Origin: the human T2T-CHM13v2.0 reference genome, Homo sapiens
Assembly: GCF_009914755.1 (NCBI RefSeq)
Contig: NC_060943.1
Strand: one strand, 5' to 3'
DNA: 64,000 nucleotides
Under the pieces are notes generated by a model. That model worked only from the letters and a program-made list of their open reading frames with translations, searched no databases and was not told the DNA's origin. Shown in pieces: positions 27,321-49,299 of the stretch (position 1 is its first letter; the number at the start of each line of letters is the position of its first letter). Position numbers and translations under genes: made by a program.

Positions 27321-29189
27321 TTGAAAGAAAAGTAAAGCAAGGCCGGGTGCAGTGGCTCATGCCTATAATCCCAGCACTTTGGGAGGCTGAGGTGGGAGGA
27401 TTGCTTGAGCCAGGAGTTCAAGATGAGCCTGGGCAATATAATGAGACCCCTGTCTCTATAAAAAAAATGAAAAAAAAAAATAGCCAGGCACAGTGGTGCA
27501 CACCTGTAGTCTCAGCTACTCCGGAGGCTGAGGCAGGAGGATCACTTGAGCCCAGGAGTTCGAGGCTGCAGTGAGCTATGATCATGCCCCTGTAGTCCAC
27601 ACTGGGCTATAGAGCAAAATCCTGTCTCAAAAAAAGAGAAGGAAAGAAAGAAAAAGAAAAAGAAAGCACCTCAAACAAGCCTGATACTGATTTGCAACTC
27701 ATTAAACAACAAACACTTTTGTCAGTACAATGCAAGTATCCATCTTCTTAGGTCCTTGCCAGGCAGGTGGCCAAGAGGTCAAATCAGCGTGATTCTCTCC
27801 TTGCTGCTGACAGCGTTTCTAATTCAGCTGCTCATCAACAGTTCTGAAAATTTCCCCTAAGGGACTACATTTTCCATGGTCAGAGAAACATTAAATTGAC
27901 TATTTTTAGAAAAAGGAGCTTTGATAAGAGACTACTTTTCATTATGGAATTGAGAAGAAAGAATTAGGACAGAAAACCTGGGTAAACGAGACAGAAATAG
28001 ACCCAACAAACGTACCCAGATGTGGTCTTGATCCCTTAGGAATCCAAAACTAATTTATACCACGGATTCTTCTTAAGGATATGGTTCTCTTATTCCCAGC
28101 TGATTTTTAGGAGAATTTCGGTATGAGGTGTCCCCAGAGCTGGCCGAGTCTACAGTTGCCATTCCCAAGCCCCTCCCTTCTCCTCTCTCTTCCCGGATAC
28201 CATGGAAACCCATAATCAAAGGCAACGCCAACAACTCCTCTTCCTTCTCCCACGGGGCAGAGCTGAGCGCTCAGAGATGCAGCTTTGGATGAAAAATGAG
28301 AAAAAAAAAAAAGAAAGAAAAGAAACTGAGCTCGCTGGAGATTCACCCTTGCAACTCTTAACAAGATTTGGCATCTGTGTACCTCATGTGATTCTGGGAG
28401 AATTCTGTATCAAAAACAGTTTTGTGTGTGTATGTGTGTGTGTGTGTGTGTGTGTTTTAATGACAATCTTGACTTGATGAATATCCCAGTAATCGAAGGT
28501 GAGGTTTTCCTCATATGCCGGTGCCTCTTTTTCCCTTCCCTCTAAGGAGAGCAAACTCCTGGCAGATCTCATGTGAGTTTTTGGAAATAAGTGTGGCTGT
28601 TACTAAATCCATGCACAGGAGAACACATTCTACTCTCGGGTGGATCCCACTGGCTCTTGTTTGCACGTGTTTTGGATGGAGAGGCCCCTTTTAAAAGATA
28701 ATTCACTAAGCATGTCATTTCGGTGAGTTTTACTTAAATTTCAGTTACAGTAAAATTCTCCCCGCAGGAACACATCTCTTGTCAAGAGAAAGGAACTTAA
28801 CATTTTCCTTTGTAGGAGTCTAGCTGCCTCTGTGAGCACAAATCCTATATATATAATCCTTGAAGAGAAGGTGGAGAGGAGGGGAGGAGACATTTCCCAA
28901 GGGAGTGGCTGTGATTATACCTACGATAGCAGGTGGTAGGAGAAAAAGTGAATTTGGCAGTTTTCAGAGTAATACGACATCTCTAGAAAGCCATTCTAGA
29001 TAGTCCAATCTCATGGCCCATTTTGGGGGCTTTGATCCTATTGATGGGACTGTGTAAGTCTTTGGTTCCACATGGCCTTCTCACTGTGGCCTCGGCTGTG
29101 CTATTTAAAATGTACTTTATCCCACGCCTGTTCCTCTTTAGCCTCCTCCGCTTTCCACCCCCACGATACTTACCACCTTTTAATACAGC

Positions 29190-30260
<1,071 letters not shown>

Positions 30261-32419
30261 AAAACACGGTGTCCAGCTTACCTCTGTTTTCTATTGTTTG
30301 TGGTCTGTTTCCCCTGCTAGAATGGGACCCCAGGAAGGCAGGGAGTTTCCTCTCTTTTATCCCCTGGTTCATACTAAATGCTTAGGACTGTGCCTTGCAT
30401 ACAGTGAGCACTCAATAGATACTTGTTGGCAGTTTAAAAAGTCAGTACCTTAATTAACCAAGTATCAAGGCTTTTAATCTTTTTGCCTCAAATCAAACTA
30501 AAAACCTTGATTAAAAAGTCTTACCCTGTCTCTACAAAATAATTTTTAAAAAATTAGCTGGGCATGGTGGCACCTGCCTGTAATACCAGTTACTCAGGAG
30601 GCTGAGGTGGGAGGATCTCTGAGACCCAGAAGAGCTGTGATTGCACAACTGCTCTCCAGCAGCCTGGGCAACAGAGCAAGACCCCACCTCTAAAGAAAAA
30701 ACAAAGTCTTTGCTGTTATCCAAAAGGATAAAACAGATTTTCCAGACAGAGGGTCAAGTTGTGCTATCTTTTTCCATAATATCATTTAAAACAAATTATT
30801 AAGAAATAATAGTTTTCTAATATGAAATTATACAAATCCTGGACATTAAAAAATTATGTCTGCAATATTTACATAGCCTATGATATAAAGCAAATTTGGG
30901 GTTAATCAGTTTCTCTAAAGAACTTAAAGACACATTTGTCTTTAATCATGGCATGAAGTGTCTGATAGAGGAAGATCATACGAAAAAGTCCACATCTGAT
31001 TATAATTATTAAACTGTGTATTAAACGCTTGGTATGTGCCAGGCATTTTTGCCTAAATTATCTCCAATTTTGCCAACAACACTTCAAGGTAAATATTACC
31101 ATCCTCAGATGAAAAAGTTGGGACCCAGAAAGAAGAAACTGGCCAAGGTCACATGGATCTCAGATGAGGACGTGGGTTCGCTCCACTCCCGGATTTCTCC
31201 CCAAACAGCGTTCTGGGTTTTTCAGAGCACAGTGCAATGCAATTTCACATGTGTCATTGGTTTCATATTCGCAGTCAACACACATGTTTTGAGTAATTGT
31301 TATGTTCCTGGCACCGTGCAGCCTTTCTTGGAGATCACTGTAGGAAGCTTGGCATCTCGCTGGGAGGTACTCGGGAACCCTGGGCACATTTCGGGATGTG
31401 ACAGCTGAGTGAGAGCCATTGTAGATGCCTGGGGAGTTCGGAAGAGGGAGGGATCCTCATGGGCTGGGCTCTTGAAGCCTAATCATGGTGTCCCTTGGCC
31501 TTCCCAGCCAGGCAGGGGCCATTGTTGGGTCTGGCTGCCTGGCTGCTGCATCCCCTTGCAGGGGCACCTCAGTCCTCAGGAGCAGTGACCTGTCCCGTAC
31601 CATGTGGTCTTGGCAGAGAGGTAACTTCAGATCCATGTCTCCCACTGTCCCCCGCTGCCCCCCTGGCCTCTGTGGAAGCTGGAGAGGCCAATCCTCCTTC
31701 TCTGGGATGCTGGGGACCGGGGCCTGTGACCCATACTCAGACAATTTCAGGTCCAGTCCACTGCCCAGACCTTGGATCTTAAAGATGGTGGAGCATCTGC
31801 TCACAAGGATGGCGGGGCATCCATAGGCAGTGATGGCCATGGCGGGAAGAGGCCATAACGGAAGATATCTGGCTGTATCTCCAACTGGCTGTTCCTAAGA
31901 TGAGGCGGTGACCAAGTTCCCTGAGAACAGGATTGTCTTCCAGCTCCCACCAAATGTGTGAGCCTACAATAGCTTCCCAATCAACTCCTTTTGAATTAAT
32001 ACAATCTTAAACCTGTTGTCCAGCCTATACTGGAAAAGTAAGCTTTTTCCTTTACCCTTTATCCGAAATTCAACATGGATGGATATAGGTCATGAAAAGA
32101 CGTTCTGCGGACAATCACAGAATCAGAAGGTGAAATCTGCTTTTAAGGAGTTTTTCTTTACCTACTCTGATGCTTTCTCCACAGGCTGATGAAGGCTGCC
32201 TGATTCTTACTTAACAAAGCTGGGAAATTTCATCAGCCTGGGCAATATAGTGAGGCCCTGTCTCTACGAAAAGAAAATAAATACAACTTTAAAAATTAGT
32301 CAGGCATGAGGTGAGAGGATCGGTGAAACCCAGGAGTTCAAGGTTACAGTGAGCTACCATTGCACCACTGCACTCCAGCCTGGCCGACAGAGCAAGACCC
32401 TGTCTCCAAAAATAGTTAT

Positions 32420-33720
32420 CATAATAAAACGCTGGGAGGTTTCAGTGTTTTCTTCATTCTTCCGAAGCTAGGGAATCACACACCAGGACAAGAGAGAGAG
32501 CCCATCAATTTGCCATGGGAGAGCTCAGGCTTTCCGGGTTGGGCTGGGGTTCTGGCTGAGGCATCAGGAGCTGGGCATCAAGGCCCTGGGCTCCCTGCTG
32601 GGTTTGATCTGTGGACTGATGCAGGGAGAGGCTTTCCTGTATTTTGGCCCAGAGCACATGATCTTATCTGCAAAACCGCAGCACTGTGCCTGGTGCTGAA
32701 ACCATGAGAGAATTAAGCCTCGATGACCCAGTTACTGGACAATGCTGTCCAGCTCCAGGACTGCTCGTTGCTTCCACAGTATGATGTGTTAATTCGCTGA
32801 CTGTATTTTCAGAGTCCATCCACTGCCCTAAACTCTCTGCACCCACAGTTCCAATGGGGAGCAGTAACTTCAGTTCATCAAAGCCAATTATTCCAGTTCT
32901 TCTTTTTCAGCTTGGATTTTTCCATTTCAAGTCGTCATGGGAAAGTAAGTCTTAATAAATCCCTTTATGCACGGAGAACTAGGGCAATTACTGACATTTT
33001 AAGAATTATTGAAACTTTTTTAAAGTTTTTTGATTAAAGTTCTAAAGGACATAAATAATCCTTTTTTGGTTTTTGGAAGGGCTTCAATTATTTTCAAGGA
33101 CAGAAGTTGGGCACACGGGCTGTTCAAATCTAATTAATTATCTGGCTGCGCCCACAAAAGTCACACCTTCAAAACACTGAGGTTACAGCTAATCATCTGA
33201 GATTCTCCCACACTGGGATAACTGTACCCACCCTCTGGGGCCATGACAGATACAAGTACAGGATGCGTTATAGGAACTCAAGGTGCACCTCTGCAGGGAA
33301 ATCAAGTTTTGTTTGTTTGTGACTCAACGATTTAGTCGTGCATTAAATATTCAATATCTGATGCAAGAGATTTAAAATCCTGAGGTGGTACCTTGAAGCA
33401 AAAAACACACAGGCTGGGTTAACCAATCACATTAATATTTTTATACCATAAATTAGATTAGAAATCCCACAGCTGGGAAAAGCCAGGGTGGAAAGATCCC
33501 AGGGAATGATGTGGCTCCGAAAAATCAGTGGTGAGCAAACTTCATGAGGCTGGATAGGGGTCTGTTTTGGTTTAGGATCAATAGGAAACTGAAGGCAGGT
33601 AACCTTTGACCATTGGAGAGACATACCCATGCCAACCAGAGTTCACTGGAGTTGATTTACTGCACTACGGTATGCTCTAAAAATAAGCACATAGTTTGAC
33701 TGAAACTTGCATTTGAGTTA
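32420..33720. promoter_or_regulatory. Candidate distal enhancer
   Basis: Repeat-free; FOX TGTTTGT, AP-1 TGACTCA 33320, CARE-like TGATGCAAG 33359, ONECUT-like ATCAAT 33578, DR1 TAACCTTTGACCA 33600-33612. Confidence 0.5.
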
Positions 33721-34004
33721 AAAAAAAAAACAAACTATTGTTTTTAGTTTACCATGCATTGGTAAATTTCGAAAGAGGATAAGAGCTGGGCAGGAGGATC
33801 ACTTGTGGGTGGGAGTTCGAGACCAGCCTGGGCAACATAGCAAGACCCTATCTTCAAAAAATTAAAATAACTTCGTTGGGCGTAATGGTGTATGCTTGTA
33901 GTCCCAACACTTTGGAAGGTTGAGGTGGGGAGATCCTTGAGACTTGGAGTTCAAGACTAGCCTGGGCAACACAGCAAGATCCTGTGTCTACAAAAATTTT
34001 TTTA

Positions 34005-34142
<138 letters not shown>

Positions 34143-36060
34143 TCAAGACCTAGACTCTAAATACATAAATAAAAATAGGATAAGAGAAAAAATACTTGAC
34201 TTTGAAACCTCTATTGGAAAAGCTGCAGAGGTCATCTGTAATAAGGCAAAGGAGAGAATGGAGCAGCCACACCTCCGTCATTGCTGAAAGCCAAATTCTT
34301 TCTATTGACTCCAGAAGAAGACATATTACGCCAGTTTTTTAAAGCTGCCATATGTCTTATCAGAGTCACAGTTGAGTAGTGGTATGTAGGTCTACGGTAC
34401 AAATACAAAAATAAGTGTTTGAGCAGGTCACAACATGCCCACACACCGTCAACTGCATCTTTTCTTTGGCAGAGGAGTCTGGAATTCACGGCTCCAAGGA
34501 AACAACTGTTTGTCAATCCAAACCTTGGATGCCGATACTGGTGGGCGGCTCAGTGATGACGTTCCTGTGTGACTCAAGTGGTTTCTAAAAGGCAAGAAGC
34601 CATCCCCGTGAGGCATACGGTGACCAGTGCTGAATCTTCCAACACCATTTCCCACAGGGATCAGTTGCAGTCAAGAGAATCTGTTTTTTTCAGAGGAGGA
34701 TGCCCTGTGTGAGGGAAGAGAGGGGTGAGCAGCTGAAGGAAGGTGAATGGACAGAAAAGCTGGACACACTGGCCAGACTGGGGAGGGGGGTGGGGGCTCA
34801 TGCCTGTAATCCCAGCACTTTGGGAGGCCCGGGGGACAGATCGCTTGAGCCCAGGAGTCCAAGGCCAGCCTGGGCAACATAGTGAGACCCTGTCTCTACA
34901 AAAAAAATACAAAAAGTAGTTGGGTGTGGTGGTGCACACCTGTAGTCACAGCTACTCAGGAGGCTGAGAGGTGGGAGGATCACTTGAGCCCAGGATGTCA
35001 AGGCTGCAATGAGCTGAGATCACGCCACTGCATTCCAGCCTGGGCAGCAAAGGGAGACCTGGACTTAAAAAAAAAAGAAAAAGAAAAAGAAAAAGTTGGA
35101 CACGGCAGGCCAAAAGACTGAGTTCTACTTGATCATTGTTGTTGAATCTGGGAGAAGTAGTATTTGGACCCGAATGCCTGAGAGCAAGTATAATACTGCC
35201 AACAGGGGCTATGACTTGGCTACAAATGGCTTTAAACTGAAGTTGCCAGTGTGTGCCCCCTACTCTGTGTGTGCCCCCTACTCTGAAACCTCTGGCAGCA
35301 CCTCATCTTTCTGAGGATGGGCAGGGAGCAGGGCCGCCGCTAACTCCGTATCTCAGTTGCCCAACTTGTTCCGAAAGGCCCTCGACTTTTCGCCTTCACC
35401 TTTTCAGTGATCAGATACAGAAATTCATGTGACGAAACCAATTGCTGATGAAAAGTTCATTTGCCAAAGGTCCTCATTATCCTAGAACAGATAGAATGGC
35501 GATAACAAAAAAGGAATTGGAGTGAATCCACTTAAAACAGGAACCCATATTGCATATACAGTGAAAGAAGATATGATTGGAGCTTTGCCTTGAGAATTAA
35601 ACAAGCATTACAAAAAGTCAGTTTTATTTTATATTTCAGAAAACTAGGTTATAGCTGCAATTATGCATTGTTCTTAAAAATCAGTGACGAATGAGTCAAG
35701 TGTTGATGGGGGAAAGCTCTGATGAAGGCACGTGATGAAGGCATGTGATGATATTCTATGGATTTCCCGTTGGACTGTCACAGTGTAATCACAAAGACAG
35801 CCACTTTATTAATTTTCCGAAGAGCATCCGAATCCTCTGCTATTAAACTCATTCTCTTTCATGTCAGTATCCTGTATCCACCGATTTCTCTTCTACAGTT
35901 GTTAACCTGTCTGAATCTTGTCTCATTCACCTGTCAATGGCTTTGCTCCTGATACAAGCAATCAATATGGCTTTCACAGGCTGTGTATAATCTGGCTTCT
36001 TCTGCAATTTCACTTATGGTAGACCTATCTTATGTGTCTTGCATCCCACTCCATTGCTAG

Positions 36061-36478
<418 letters not shown>

Positions 36479-36711
36479 CTGTTCACATCATTCTTTTGTC
36501 TTTTTTATTTTTTATTTTTTTATAGAGATGGGGTCTTGCTATGTTGCCCAGGCTGATCTTCACCTCCTGGGCTCAAGCCGTCCACTCACCTTGGCCTCCC
36601 AAAGTTCTGGGATTATAGGTATGAGCCACTGTGCCCGGCCCTCATCATTCTTTTCTAAACATAATTGAAATTGCCATATTATATCTGAAAGATTTATTAT
36701 ACTCCAAATAA

Positions 36712-36819
<108 letters not shown>

Positions 36820-36999
36820 TGAGTAGCTGAGATTACAGGCACATGCCACCACGCTGGGCTAATTTTTGTATTTTTAGTAGAGACGGGGTTTCACCATGTT
36901 GGCCAGGCTGGTCTCGAGCTCCTGACCTCAGGTGATCCGCCTGCCTCAGCCTCCCAAAGTTCTGGGGTTACAGACGTAAGCCACTGTGTCCGACCTCCA

Positions 37000-41560
<4,561 letters not shown>

Positions 41561-41745
41561 AAAGTTTTTTTCCCCAAGCCTTTCAAATCCAGATGCACTG
41601 GCCTAGGCCAGGCAAAGCTCCTAAGTCAGATTCCAAGAAATATCTTTGATGGTAGCGTTCCTAGAAACGACCACACAAATACACTGGACAGAATTCTATC
41701 TCCAGCCCCATGCTGCCCTGAAGTCTCACTTTTTCGTGGTCAGCT

Positions 41746-43640
<1,895 letters not shown>

Positions 43641-43897
43641 TTTTACCTGTCTGTGACTTTTTATGATGATTTTCTATAGTATTTAGAATTTTGGATTTTT
43701 TGCAAGTTTCTGATTCCACGACATTCAAATATACTATTACAAAGAATACATGCAAATATATGCTTTCTATAAATACAAAGGGCTTTTTAAAATAGAAGCT
43801 TTTGTTACTATCATAAAGTTGTTCACACTTTTTGAAATAAGAAGCTCTTTTTGTTCAAATGTTTTATATTTTAACATATATTTCACTGTATCAGTCC

Positions 43898-45247
<1,350 letters not shown>

Positions 45248-46479
45248 TGGAATTGTTTCATACTGTCTTGTGTGCCTTGGAAGACTTATCTCCTGTTCTC
45301 TGCCATGCTAACCAGTGCTATGTATAACCCTGCCTAGTACAGGGTGGTGAGGGAGGGGTGCCTGTCTCTTCAGCACAAGGCTACTTCCACTCCCCACTCC
45401 CAGCAAAAGCTGATCTGACCGGAACAATGATCAAAAGTAGGAAAATAACATTGGCCAGGTGCAGTGGCTCATACCTGTAATCCCAGCACTTTGGAAGGCC
45501 GAGGCAGGAGGACTGTTTGAGCCTGGGAGTTTGAGACCAGCCTGGGAAACATAGCAAAACCCCGTCTCTACAAAAAATTTAAAAATTAGCCAAGTGTGGT
45601 GGCACATGCCTGTAGCCCCAGCTACTTGGGTGGTGGAGGTGAGAGGATCCCTTGAGCCCAGGAGAGCCAAGATTGCCCCACTGCACTCCAGCCTGGGCAA
45701 CAGAGCAGGACCCTGGCTCAAACAAACAAACAAACAAAACCAAAAAACCCAAACCCACCAAAAAAAAAAAAAAGACAAAAAAAAATTAAGGAAAATAACA
45801 TTGACATAATACTATTAACAGACTTACAGATCCAATCTGATTATTTTCTCGTTTTCCCACTGATGTCCTTTCTGTTCCAGAATCCATTCTAGCAGCCTAT
45901 GGGACATTGTTGTCATGTCCCCTTCATCTCCTCCACTACAGAGCAGTTTCTCAGCCTTTCTTCATTTTTCATGATGATATTTTTGAACAGTACTGGCAGC
46001 TATTTCATAGAATGTTCCTCAGCTTGAGTTTCTATGATATTTCCTCATGATCGGATTGAGACTGTGTATTTGGCAAGAATGCCACATGGGAGTGAGACTG
46101 TGCACTTCTTGGTGCATTGCAGCAGGGGGTCCGTGATGTCTCTGTGTTTTATTGCTGGTGATGTGAACTGTGATCACTTAGGCTAAGATGGTGTCTTCCA
46201 GGTGCACCACTGCGCCCAGCTAATTTTTAAATACGTTTTGTAGAGAAAAGGTCTTGCTATGTTGGCCAGGCTGGTCTCAAACTCCTGGCATCAAGTGATC
46301 CTCTTGCCTCGGCCTCCCAAAGTGCTGGGATTACAGATCTGAGCCATCATCCGGCAACTCTCTCACTGTTTCTACCCAGTTCCCATATACCTCTTGTAGG
46401 TAACCATCTCATTAGCCTCTGATTTATTCTTCCTGTACTTCTTTTGCAGATATGATCCCCTGCCCAAGTTTGATGGTAA

Positions 46480-46905
46480 ATCAACAGGTGCAGCAGCCAA
46501 GACTTGAGAAGGACATGGTAATAGAGCATGCAGATTTCTCAGACATGAAGGTGTGGGTCACCCCACAGGTGAACTACTTAGACCAGGAGAGGTGTGCTAG
46601 CCAAGGGTGAGGGAATCTCGAATGGGTAGTAGGGGAGGCAGATGATGAAAACCAGCTATAGCCTTGAGGTCAGCTGTAGCAGTAGGAGCTGCTGTTCATC
46701 CTTCATCCCACTAGCTGTCCTCTTGGAGGCTTCTCCAGGAAAGGAGGCCATCCAGAATCCCAGAGAAGCTGTTCACTGATGGGATTAACTTACTACGTGT
46801 AAGTAAGAAGTGGATCCGAGTGACGCAAGAAGTGGATTGCAGTGGAGGTCATTGTGTGCCTCCCAGATCCCACATTCAGGTTGGAGGGACCCATTTCCCC
46901 AGCTG
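46480..46905 (+). mobile_element. ERVL (HERV16/ERV3-16-like) internal 3' end plus start of LTR16-like LTR
   Basis: GGGTGAGGGAATCTCGAATGGGTAGT...; GTGGATTGCAGTGG...CCCAGATCCC. Confidence 0.55.
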
Positions 46906-47253
46906 TGTTTTCTAAAGTCTCATAGGTACATAGCACAGTAATATGTATATACAACAGAGTCTTGCCAAGCACAGGGGCTCATGCCTGTAATCCCCATTTG
47001 TGGGGCTTAGGTGGGAGGATCACTTGAGCCTAGGAATTCAGGACCAGCTTGGCAACATATTGAGACCCTGTCTTTACAAAAAATTGAAAAATTAGCCAGG
47101 CATGGTGGTCCACAACTGTAGTCCCAGCTACTCAGGAGACTGAAACAGGAGTCTCTCTTAACTCTTCAGCCCAGGAGGTCAAAGCTGTAGTAGCAGGCCA
47201 TGATGGTGTCACTGCACTCCAGCCTGAGTGACAGAGCAAGACCCTGTCTCTAA

Positions 47254-47255
<2 letters not shown>

Positions 47256-47313
<58 letters not shown>

Positions 47314-47320
47314 AAGAGAG
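47256..47320. repeat. (CA)n(GA)n compound microsatellite at AluJ tail
   Basis: Seen directly; the Alu spans 46963-47253. Confidence 0.92.
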
Positions 47321-47422
47321 ACAATCTTCTCTATAAGAACAAAGTATACACACAGGCCAGGACTGAGACTGGAGTTTGGGGAATGGGAAGGATTTGGATA
47401 TATGGAATTGGGAGGAAATGGC

Positions 47423-47435
47423 CCACCAGATGGCA
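47423..47435 (+). promoter_or_regulatory. CTCF core motif CCACCAGATGGCA
   Basis: Matches CCASYAGRKGGCR in non-repeat sequence. Confidence 0.55.
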
Positions 47436-49036
47436 TATCAGAATGAGGCGGGCATTTCCAGCTTTTCTTGATCATCCTCCACCTCCCTCTCCCTAGAAGG
47501 AAGAATCCTCCTCCTTCCCTCTCCCACTTCCCTCTGCCCTAGACACACTCCGATCTCACAAGCCATTCTGGCTGCTGCGACTTTTAGTTTTATCCGTCGT
47601 CTAGCTGAGATTAAACTGGAATGTTCCATTTGCTCTTTTGGCTCTCAAGTAGGCTCAGGGCTTCCCACCTATGGGTGCAGTTGGATCTTTTTCACTGTAA
47701 CAGAACAAATGCTCTGACCTCCACCACAAAGTGTTTCTGAGGGTGCCCGGCCTTAGTGAGTTCCTGGGCACCCCCCATAATGTACCCAGGCCATTCATAT
47801 TTAAGGCCCCCAAAGTCTCCTGAGGGCTTCAGTGGAGCCTCTGCTTCAGCTCCTTCTTCTTCTTCTTCACAAAGTTGATACCCCTATGCCAAGGGCACGG
47901 ATTCCTGATTTTTACAAGAATCACTTCCTAGAGGCATCAAAGTGGTTTCTGCATTCACTCCAGTTCCCACTTGGCTGAAGGCACAGGGGATCGTTCACGG
48001 AGGTCGGGGGAAAGTCACTCTCTTTGTAAGGACTACAAAACAGCACTTGTCTCTCCCCAAATCCCAGTTTCTTCTGCACCTCAGTTCCCCCCCAGAAACC
48101 TCTGCAAAGGAAAGACAACAACCCCACCTTCCTCTTCCAGCCAAAACCCCAACATTTATGCAAATAGACTGGCGACTCCACCTGCTAAACCCAAGTCAAT
48201 ATGAATCCCAGTTGAGGCTGACACAGGAACTGATTATTACCGTGGGAATCTAAACGAAAAATAAGATGAAAAAGGAGCAGTCACGGCGGCCTAGGAGTGG
48301 ACGCAGATTCCTGACGCTAAGCACAGGGATTCTAGGCCACAAGCCCACCTGGCCTGGCTGTGTCTCCTTGGCCCTGTCTCATCTGTTGGGCACCAGCTCC
48401 CCCCTGCCCCCTTCTCCAGCCCCTTGGCTTGGTCCTCACAGGACTCCCAGAACTTGGGACAGGGCCTGGCTCAGAGCAGGAATTCAATCAACATCTATTG
48501 ACTGAGACAGATGAAAGAGAATAGGAGAATGAGTGCCAGGGACAACCATGTCCCTCTGTCTGGGAAGCTTCTCATTTCCTTCTCAGCTCAGTCTTGTGGC
48601 TTCCAGGGGTTGACCTGGTGTTTGGACCTTCAGCGGAGGATGGGGCTTCCCCACTAGACCCAAAAATGGTGTCCTGGGCTTCTCCGTCACCCTGCAGTCT
48701 CAAAGTGGACCCCTCCACCTCCCCTTCCTTCTTTCTATCCCTCTCTCCTCCTGGAGGAGCTCCTGTAGATCTACTCTCCCTCTCTGCTCCATTTCTCTGC
48801 ATGATTTGGGTTTGCCTGGCAGAAGCACAGTCACCGCTCGTGGACTGAGGGAGGGAGTGGGGCCTGAGGCTCTTCTGCTGCTTTCTTCTTTACCCATTTG
48901 GCTAAAATCTGGCCTGGGTTGTTAATGTTTTAAAACAGTACTGTTTTAGGTTAATGTTAAGACTGCAATGCATCCCAAATACTTAAAAAAATTTCTCAGA
49001 ACTATTTTATTTTTAATTAATTATTGTAAGAGATAG

Positions 49037-49180
<144 letters not shown>

Positions 49181-49299
49181 TAATTTTTTTTTGTAGAGAT
49201 GGGGCCTCACTATGTTGGCCAGGCTGGTCTCAAACTTGACCTCAAGCAATCCTCCCACCTCAGCCTCCCAAAGTGCTAGGATTACAGGCACTGTGCACG

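Noticed and set aside
31720-31800. Faint resemblance of TIFKIQGLGSGLDLKLSE to the DEDD/DEDD2 C-terminus or a kinase KxSDFG motif
   Set aside because: Only a few residues with no flanking support; needs a real homology search.
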